DNA of 64,000 nucleotides from a virus (Duplodnaviria; Heunggongvirae; Uroviricota; Caudoviricetes): IMG/VR virus record IMGVR_UViG_2623620505_000001; one strand, 5' to 3'. Shown piece by piece: positions 57,602 to 64,000 of this stretch (position 1 is its first letter; each line of letters starts with the position of its first letter). The notes under the pieces were generated by a model. It saw only the letters and a program-made list of their open reading frames with translations, ran no database searches and was not told where the DNA came from. The position numbers and the translations under genes were made by a program.

Positions 57602-57618
57602 AAATTTATTAGAGCAAT
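57602..57618 (-). promoter_or_regulatory. C1 operator, perfect 17/17 match, overlapping the dmt stop codon
   Basis: aaatttattagagcaat. Confidence 0.75.
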
Positions 57619-59873
57619 ACACCTAAAACGTCATGAGCTACACCTCGAGTGTCCCCCTTACAAGACACAGAACGTCTGGCAAAAAGAGGTTCCACTCTGA
57701 AGCCATTGTCATGATAAAGCTCTCTGATGTTTGGCGCGCCACTGTTAGTAATGAGAACCTTTGCACCTCGGCGATGAGCATCCGTCAACAGAGACACCAG
57801 GCGTTTTTGCTCTTCAAACTTAAAGTCATGACCGGAATAGTTCGTGAATCCCTCTGTATTTGGAAGCGGTTCATATGGCGGATCGCAAAAAATGACATCT
57901 CCTTCTCCGGCAGCTTCAATCACCGCAGCAAAATCACCACATACAAACTCAGAACGACCTTCCGCACCGAGGAAGGCTTCCATCTCCTGTAATGGGAAAT
58001 ACGGAGTTTTATACTTCCCATAACCGACATTGAACTCACCGGCCTGGTTGTAACGCGTCAATCCGTTAAAACAATGTCGGTTCAGGAACAAAAACGCCGC
58101 TGCGCGATGTAAATCATCATAGACTTGTTTGTTAAACGCATTCCGTACTGCCAGGTATCCTTCCTGTGTGTTGTAGTCCTGGAAGAAACGATGTGCCAGA
58201 GTGATAAGTGAATGCGCCTCGCGTTGCAGAGTCTTGTAAAAGTTAATCAGGTCAGCATTCACATCATTTAGCAGATTTTCCTGGTATCCGGCATTCATGA
58301 AGACAGCTCCGCCACCAACGAAAGGTTCAATCAGGCGCTTCCCTTCTGGCAAATAGCGAAAGATTTGTTCCAGAACACCAAATTTTCCACCAGCCCATTT
58401 GAATATGGACCGTTCGAATTCTGCCGCTGGTTTAACTTTTCGCTCTTTTGTTTCACTTCCTTCTTTCTGCCGACATACGGACTTAGTAATCCGATCGCCA
58501 ATCCAGCGCATTACTGGTATTGCCATACTATTGCCGATCGCTTTGTAACGCGGTCCGTCAGCTGCAAGCATCGCGGCCTCTTCTTCGCTTAAATCTGGAT
58601 AGTGATTGCGAAGATATGCCAGTTCATCTGAATTAACTTTTTTACGCTTTTCCGTCGGGATCAACGTATGCCCATCAGGAAAACCTTGCAGCCTTTCACA
58701 TTCGACAGGGGTAAGACGGCGGACAGCTACTTCTGCGTTTCTTACTTCATAGCAAACAGCTGTTGGATTTTTAGCCATTAGAGATGGTGAAGTATTCTTA
58801 GTTGCAGCATGTTGTGTACCGCTCATACGCTCAGGAAAAGCCAATGTAACAAGATGCTCATGGCTTTCTTGCTCACGTGCCCGCAATGTACCATGCCCTT
58901 CTGACCAAAAACCTGCTCCTGTGCTGCTAAAAACGGCAAGGTCAGTGGCATCTTTAAAATCTCTTGCCTTTACTGTCGATGCGGTTTCATCGTCAATATA
59001 TTCCCCAAATGCTGCCATCCTGAAAGCGTTTACGGCTTTCGTCGATTTCATACCGGGTGGCATGTCAGCGTGTAGGCATGGATTTAGGCTTTCGCCACTG
59101 ATTGCAGCGCCATTTGCAATAATGGCGGAAGCGATTTCCTTCTTTTTTCGGCTCGGCGCAATATTCCGGCGCACGCCTTTGAACTCAAAAAGTACCGTTG
59201 CGGGATCGAGGTCTGTTCGAGCACTTGCGACAACAAACACGCGTCGGCGTCGTTGTGCCACTCCGAAGTATTGGGCATCAAGGATTCTCCAGGCCACCTT
59301 TCGCTGCGGTCCATAAATACAACCACACTGCGGCCACTTTGGAGCATGGCAACCGGTTTTGCCATCCCACCGCCAGAACGCGTTACTTTTTCCTGATTCA
59401 GGTCGATCACCTGGTTCAAATGGCGCATCTTCTCCAGCCAATCCGGCAAGGAAACATCCGAAGGCGTTATCTGCCGATGACAGGACTCCTGGGACATTTT
59501 CCCAGACGATAACTGTCGGTTTGAGGAAGGACTCAGACCGTTTGTCGTCAATTGCATTTGCAAGCTCCACATACTTCAAAGTTAGCGCGCCGCGTTCATC
59601 ATCAAGCCCACCACGTAAGCCCGCGATACTGAATGCCTGACAAGGCGTACCCCCGACGAGCACATCAGGGGATTCGATTTCCCCAGCCAGGACTTTTTTG
59701 GCAAGTTTTGTCATGTCGCCAAGGTTGGCGACATGGGGCCAGCGGTGCGCAAGAACGGCAGATGGAAAAGACTCGATTTCAGCAAACCACACCGGACGCA
59801 TACCCAACGGTTCCCAGGCAATACTCGCGGCTTCAATTCCACTGCAAACAGATCCATAGCACAGCTCTTTCAC
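57609..59873 (-). CDS. dmt: Dmt, bifunctional DNA methyltransferase (N-terminal C5-cytosine, C-terminal Dam-like N6-adenine)
   Basis: 754 aa; C5 motif [13 protein letters not shown] motif [15 protein letters not shown] motif ENVPGV; C-terminal DPPY. Confidence 0.9.
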   Translation of the reverse strand: MKELCYGSVCSGIEAASIAWEPLGMRPVWFAEIESFPSAVLAHRWPHVANLGDMTKLAKKVLAGEIESPDVLVGGTPCQAFSIAGLRGGLDDERGALTLKYVELANAIDDKRSESFLKPTVIVWENVPGVLSSADNAFGCFLAGLAGEDAPFEPGDRPESGKSNAFWRWDGKTGCHAPKWPQCGCIYGPQRKVAWRILDAQYFGVAQRRRRVFVVASARTDLDPATVLFEFKGVRRNIAPSRKKKEIASAIIANGAAISGESLNPCLHADMPPGMKSTKAVNAFRMAAFGEYIDDETASTVKARDFKDATDLAVFSSTGAGFWSEGHGTLRAREQESHEHLVTLAFPERMSGTQHAATKNTSPSLMAKNPTAVCYEVRNAEVAVRRLTPVECERLQGFPDGHTLIPTEKRKKVNSDELAYLRNHYPDLSEEEAAMLAADGPRYKAIGNSMAIPVMRWIGDRITKSVCRQKEGSETKERKVKPAAEFERSIFKWAGGKFGVLEQIFRYLPEGKRLIEPFVGGGAVFMNAGYQENLLNDVNADLINFYKTLQREAHSLITLAHRFFQDYNTQEGYLAVRNAFNKQVYDDLHRAAAFLFLNRHCFNGLTRYNQAGEFNVGYGKYKTPYFPLQEMEAFLGAEGRSEFVCGDFAAVIEAAGEGDVIFCDPPYEPLPNTEGFTNYSGHDFKFEEQKRLVSLLTDAHRRGAKVLITNSGAPNIRELYHDNGFRVEPLFARRSVSCKGDTRGVAHDVLGVLL

Positions 59874-60775
59874 TGCTTAGCCTCTCCACCAAGGGCATTT
59901 ACCAGAGCATCAACCAGGCACGAAATTTCACTGGTCAACAGGAAGAAATCTGCGTCCAGTCGCTGCGCAACATCTTCACTATCAATATCAGAGTTCTGCT
60001 CAAGCAATTCATCCGCAAATTTGACGCTGGTAAGGCTGAAGTTATGGTCCAGTGTAAATTTAATGCGGTTCTGCCAGTCGAGTGCCAACTTAGTGACGAG
60101 CTTGCCAGCTTCCAGGTGTGTGGAAATTTCATCGCTTCCCAAATCCTGCTTTTTCACCCGGGCAATACCGCCATCCTCAAGCACTGCCTTAAGTTCTGCC
60201 GCATCCCCCATTTGAAATCCCTGTGGAGCACTACCATCACGTACCCAGTCGGTCAGCGTTAATTCAATGGGATTTTCAACACTCAGGGGAACAACAGGAA
60301 GAGAACCCAGAGACTTACGCATAAGCGCGAGCATATCCTCTGCCTGCCGCGCGCTGGCATTGATATAGATACGTTTAGTTGAACCGTCGTAGATCGCCTG
60401 GATAACAGAAAACTTTGAAAAAGCCCGTGGCAGAAGAGAATGCAGAACTTCGTCTTTCAGGGAGTCCTTCTCTGTTTTCTTCAGTTTACGCGCTTGTTCT
60501 TGCTCAAGTTTTTCAATTTTTTCTTGAATAGCTCGCTGGATAACCGGCGGGGGAAGAATTTTTGTTTCGCGCTTTGCTTCAACAAGGATAAAACCATTTC
60601 CATGCATAGCGATAACTTCGGAATTATCACCAAATGGAGATACAAAACCGAACTTGGCCATATCCTGACTACCGCATGGCGTGAAAAGGATCATTTTCTT
60701 TTTATCTTCTAAGTCGGTCAGATCCGCCTCACGAGAAAGTTTATAAATAGTAATGTTTTTCCAGTGCTTAAACAT
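59870..60775 (-). CDS. hrdC: RdgC-like recombination-associated protein
   Basis: 302 aa from the internal ATG at 60775 ([14 protein letters not shown], RdgC-like N-terminus); overlaps the dmt start. Confidence 0.8.
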   Translation of the reverse strand: MFKHWKNITIYKLSREADLTDLEDKKKMILFTPCGSQDMAKFGFVSPFGDNSEVIAMHGNGFILVEAKRETKILPPPVIQRAIQEKIEKLEQEQARKLKKTEKDSLKDEVLHSLLPRAFSKFSVIQAIYDGSTKRIYINASARQAEDMLALMRKSLGSLPVVPLSVENPIELTLTDWVRDGSAPQGFQMGDAAELKAVLEDGGIARVKKQDLGSDEISTHLEAGKLVTKLALDWQNRIKFTLDHNFSLTSVKFADELLEQNSDIDSEDVAQRLDADFFLLTSEISCLVDALVNALGGEAKQ

Positions 60776-61115
60776 GTTGTAACCCTTGAATATCAACCAC
60801 AGAAAGCTCGTCTTTGTAGAAAAAGGCCAGGTTGTGGCACCCCCTCGTTTGAGCGTATGAGCTGGGACCAATTTCGTTCTTCCAGACAAATGGCTTCAAA
60901 TCCGTACGGCGAAGCATAAAAACGCGATTTGTTCCGCTCTGATTCCCAATGAGGCAAAAGCCTTCTTTCACCTTGATAGCCTGCAAGTTGTCGAGTTCAC
61001 CGCTGGTTACACGGCTATCGAACTCTTTGCGGCTTATTAGCTCCATCTGCATCTGACGACTCCAAACAAATGCCCATTGAAGGGCGATGGCTGAATGGTA
61101 CCGAAAATACGACAT
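60768..61115 (-). CDS. hypothetical protein upstream of hrdC
   Basis: ORF-track start at 61124 is a TTG; first ATG at 61115. Confidence 0.45.
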   Translation of the reverse strand: MSYFRYHSAIALQWAFVWSRQMQMELISRKEFDSRVTSGELDNLQAIKVKEGFCLIGNQSGTNRVFMLRRTDLKPFVWKNEIGPSSYAQTRGCHNLAFFYKDELSVVDIQGLQHV

Positions 61116-61123
61116 AAAAAACA

Positions 61124-61140
61124 ATATTTATTAGAGCAAT
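61124..61140 (-). promoter_or_regulatory. C1 operator in front of the dmt-side operon
   Basis: atatttattagagcaat (16/17). Confidence 0.7.
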
Positions 61141-61221
61141 TTTGCAATAGTTGAACTCCGTGTAGACCACAAACAACCTGAGTTAAAATAACGAAAATCA
61201 GAGCAAATAATTGGTGATGAC

Positions 61222-61506
61222 GTGGCAAGTATTGCAACAAAAGACAGCATTTGTTCGGGGCACGGAGGATTCCCATCCAGGCCTCCTGTAGAGAGTGAAC
61301 CACTACTTAAAGTCAACGGAGTCGAAGTGTTAGTTGATGGTAAGCAATATGCACAGCATACCGATGGAAACAGTACGCACGGTGGGCAAGCTATATCAAC
61401 CAGGGCATGGTTTACCGTCAATGGTAAAGGGATCGTATGCGTTGGTGACCCTGTTTCATGCGGATCTACCGTAGCGTCCGGAGACGGCCTGGTTCAGGTA
61501 AGTTAG
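61222..61506 (+). CDS. PAAR-like repeat protein, apparent GTG start
   Basis: 94 aa; Gly/Val-rich segments SGHGGF, THGGQ, GIVCVGDPVSCGSTV. Confidence 0.45.
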   Translation: MASIATKDSICSGHGGFPSRPPVESEPLLKVNGVEVLVDGKQYAQHTDGNSTHGGQAISTRAWFTVNGKGIVCVGDPVSCGSTVASGDGLVQVS

Positions 61507-62303
61507 GAGATATCATGCTGGAAAAAGACTACCAGTTATCCGCATATAAAAAATTGGCCGCCGCCGGTGGGATGAAAACACCTGGTGCCATAACATCGGC
61601 ACGAAACAGTGCTAACACAGCAAAACTGCTTGCAGAAGAATTGACCGGATTAATTCTGGATACAATTGTCTATCCCGACACTATTACCAGCTATGTTTCA
61701 ACGATCAGAACAACCGCAACTGGTTTAACGAATATTGGAGGGCTGGCAACTCAGCACGCGGACCTGTTGGCTGGTTATGCTGATCTGTCAATGCTCCTTC
61801 AACTCGATATTGGTTGGGATGTTTACTGTCGTGCTAATGAGCGAGAAGTTTCAGAACTGCCGATCTCTATTGCCATTGGTGACGCGACTACAACGAAATC
61901 GCTTGAGGACTCTGTAAATGCGCTTAATACGTCGAGTTTAGTCGCTGCTATGGGGGACATTAACCAGACCCTTAACACAGGCTCAGGAAGCTCGTCAGGC
62001 TCTGATTCAGGTGGCGGCGCAGTCACTCCCCCACCAGCACTGACAGAACAACAAGTTGAAGCACTGAAGGAAGCAACTGAACAATTTGGTGCTTTTTTCG
62101 ACCAGACAACAGTACCGGTAGCAGCATTGCAACAGCAGTATGAACGAGCGAAGGAAAGCGCCAGCGTAGCCATAACTGCTTATAACCATGCTATCGGTAC
62201 CGCGCTTGCGGAAGCATCAGCAAATAAGGCCAGCACAGCCAGCGCAGTCGCCGCTTTGGTTCCTGATTCTGTTCTTGATGAATTAAACAAAGCGGCACAG
62301 TAA
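61458..62303 (+). CDS. hypothetical protein with Ser/Gly-rich linker
   Basis: 281-aa ORF. Confidence 0.5.
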   Translation: MRIYRSVRRRPGSGKLGDIMLEKDYQLSAYKKLAAAGGMKTPGAITSARNSANTAKLLAEELTGLILDTIVYPDTITSYVSTIRTTATGLTNIGGLATQHADLLAGYADLSMLLQLDIGWDVYCRANEREVSELPISIAIGDATTTKSLEDSVNALNTSSLVAAMGDINQTLNTGSGSSSGSDSGGGAVTPPPALTEQQVEALKEATEQFGAFFDQTTVPVAALQQQYERAKESASVAITAYNHAIGTALAEASANKASTASAVAALVPDSVLDELNKAAQ

Positions 62304-62315
62304 CAAAGGACTTCA

Positions 62316-62765
62316 TTGATAATTTTTCTTCAGGAGGAAGACATGTCATTCTTTTCTACGTTAAAAACAGCTTTGTCTTTGAAGGAGAAACTTGCTGCTA
62401 CTGGTGTTCTTGTTCTGATTTGCGCACTTGTTGGTGCCGGGTTTGCATGGGAACGTCATCAGCTAAAGCAAGCCTTGGATAAAATTGGCAGTCTTGATCA
62501 GGCTGTTAAGGAACGTGATAAGTCAATAATGTATCTTAACCAGACCATTGAGACGATGAACAAAGCAGATCAACATTTTCACAGCCAGGAAGTGAAAAAT
62601 GAATCAGAACAAGCCAAGTATGCTGACAGGCAAATGGAACGAAAAGCAGAAGTTCAGAAACAACTGGTTGCGGCGGGTAATGTTCGCCAGCGCATTCCTG
62701 CTGACACTCAGCGGTTGCTCCGGGAGTCGATCAGCGAATTTAACGCCGACGCCGACAAAGGTTAA
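62316..62765 (+). CDS. hypothetical membrane-anchored protein
   Basis: 149 aa; N-terminal TM helix then coiled coil. Confidence 0.5.
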   Translation: MIIFLQEEDMSFFSTLKTALSLKEKLAATGVLVLICALVGAGFAWERHQLKQALDKIGSLDQAVKERDKSIMYLNQTIETMNKADQHFHSQEVKNESEQAKYADRQMERKAEVQKQLVAAGNVRQRIPADTQRLLRESISEFNADADKG

Positions 62766-62942
62766 CCACCCTGCCCCCAAAAGTGCGTTTATGTGCAGGA
62801 TGCCAGAGTTTAGCAGTGAATATTTTGATGATCTGCCAGCGTATATCCTCGATACAGAAACGATGCTGATGGGGATTAACAGGAAGAATCGCAACGTCAA
62901 TGATTACAACCGTGCTATCAGCGGTAACTAAAAGGAAAAACT

Positions 62943-63302
62943 ATGTCCGATATGGAAATTGAAAAAGAGATTCTAGCCAAAGGCAAAACAGCACCACGCC
63001 TGACTCCTGATCACATCGAGAGTGTGATTGCCGAAGAGCATTATTTCACAGCTTTTGACGGCATTCGCGCTGCGCATGAAGGCGTTCGTGAGGTGCTGTC
63101 TGTTCATCCCTCTACGCGTAGCCTGACCATCTGTGTCTTGGTGCTGTGCAATGGATTCATTGTTACCGGGGAAAGCGCCTGTGCCAGCCCTAAAAATTTC
63201 GACGCGGAGATTGGCCGTAAGGTGGCCCGTAAGAACGCCATTGAGAAAATCTGGCCGCTGGAAGGTTATCTGCTGAAGCAAAAGCTCAGCGAGCAGATTT
63301 AA
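62943..63302 (+). CDS. hypothetical protein
   Basis: 119-aa ORF. Confidence 0.45.
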   Translation: MSDMEIEKEILAKGKTAPRLTPDHIESVIAEEHYFTAFDGIRAAHEGVREVLSVHPSTRSLTICVLVLCNGFIVTGESACASPKNFDAEIGRKVARKNAIEKIWPLEGYLLKQKLSEQI

Positions 63303-63372
63303 TCAACTGTAGAAATCGTAATATCAACACTCATGACTTTACTTTGGCAGGAAGCCACTAAGGACAAACAAC

Positions 63373-63774
63373 ATGTTTGCGGTTAAACAAGAAATAAACA
63401 ACGCTACTTCTTTGTTCGAAATTGAGAGTATTACCGTTGGATATCCTGGGTCAGATCAATTTAAACAGGCGTTCGAGATTGCTGAAGAACTGGGTATCAA
63501 AACGCCTGATGCGATTGAATATATCCCTGTTGCGTACGAAGATGAGGAGATGACAAAGGCAATCGGGGAAGAGCAAACTTTGAGTACAGAGCGTAAGGAT
63601 GTACAGCGGGATGACTGTATCGCCGTGATTTGCTCTGGGGTTGCTTCTGAAATGTTCCCCGACCTCCCTGCCATAGGAGGTGTTGGTTATCAATTCCTCT
63701 ACAAAGGTGATACGTTACGCATCTATACAAGTAGTTTGTTGATCGAAGAAGTAGGTACGGAAAACGACAACTAA
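63373..63774 (+). CDS. hypothetical acidic protein
   Basis: 133-aa ORF. Confidence 0.45.
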   Translation: MFAVKQEINNATSLFEIESITVGYPGSDQFKQAFEIAEELGIKTPDAIEYIPVAYEDEEMTKAIGEEQTLSTERKDVQRDDCIAVICSGVASEMFPDLPAIGGVGYQFLYKGDTLRIYTSSLLIEEVGTENDN

Positions 63775-63819
63775 TTCGCTTCAACTCTTCACAGAAATCG
63801 GTCCTCAGTGGCCGGTTTT

Positions 63820-64000
63820 TCACTTATCCACATTATCCACTGGGTAGATCCAATAATTAGGTCCATACAGATCCCAATTAGATCCATATAGATCCCTGAT
63901 CGTTGCAGGCCGCGCCACGTCTGGCTTAGAAGTGTATCGCGATGTGTGCTGGAGGGAAAACGATGTGTGCTGGCGGGATAAAAATGTGTGCTGACGGGTT
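63820..64000 (+). other. oriR: start of plasmid replication origin oriR: tandem DnaA boxes, five GATC sites, RepA iterons, truncated by the window edge
   Basis: ttatccaca-ttatccact at 63824-63841; GATC at 63847, 63870, 63881, 63891, 63898; iterons gatgtgtgctggagggaaa (63941), gatgtgtgctggcgggata (63962), atgtgtgctgacgggtt (63984). Confidence 0.85.

Overview
This window reads as a contiguous segment of a phage P1-like phage-plasmid, in reverse orientation to the usual P1 map. The anchors are unambiguous: Cre recombinase with a perfect 34-bp loxP site, the immC module (coi, c1), pacA/pacB with a GATC-rich pac site, the phd-doc addiction module, humD behind a LexA box, hot, ban, dmt, three tRNAs (Ile2-CAU, Thr-UGU, Asn-GUU), the SAR endolysin Lyz, ssb, the giant DarB methyltransferase-helicase, a DarA-type antirestriction operon, and the start of the plasmid origin oriR (DnaA boxes, five GATCs, 19-bp iterons) at the 3' edge. 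At least twelve matches to the C1 operator consensus ATTGCTCTAATAAATTT lie in front of operons. The most interesting locus is an AT-rich insertion between mat and lxc, where P1 carries its EcoP1I res/mod genes: a single ~377-aa RelA/SpoT-family nucleotidyltransferase ORF that looks like a fused toxSAS toxin-antitoxin (CapRel-like) defence gene. Other observations worth follow-up are a family of nested inverted-repeat hairpin modules in the tRNA island, a truncated PacB paralog, an HExxH motif in the DdrB-like protein, several paralog families in the accessory block between hot and ppp, and a baseplate-spike-like cluster with a separate PAAR-like ORF. All homology statements are from reading the translations by eye and recalling known sequences; no database search was run.
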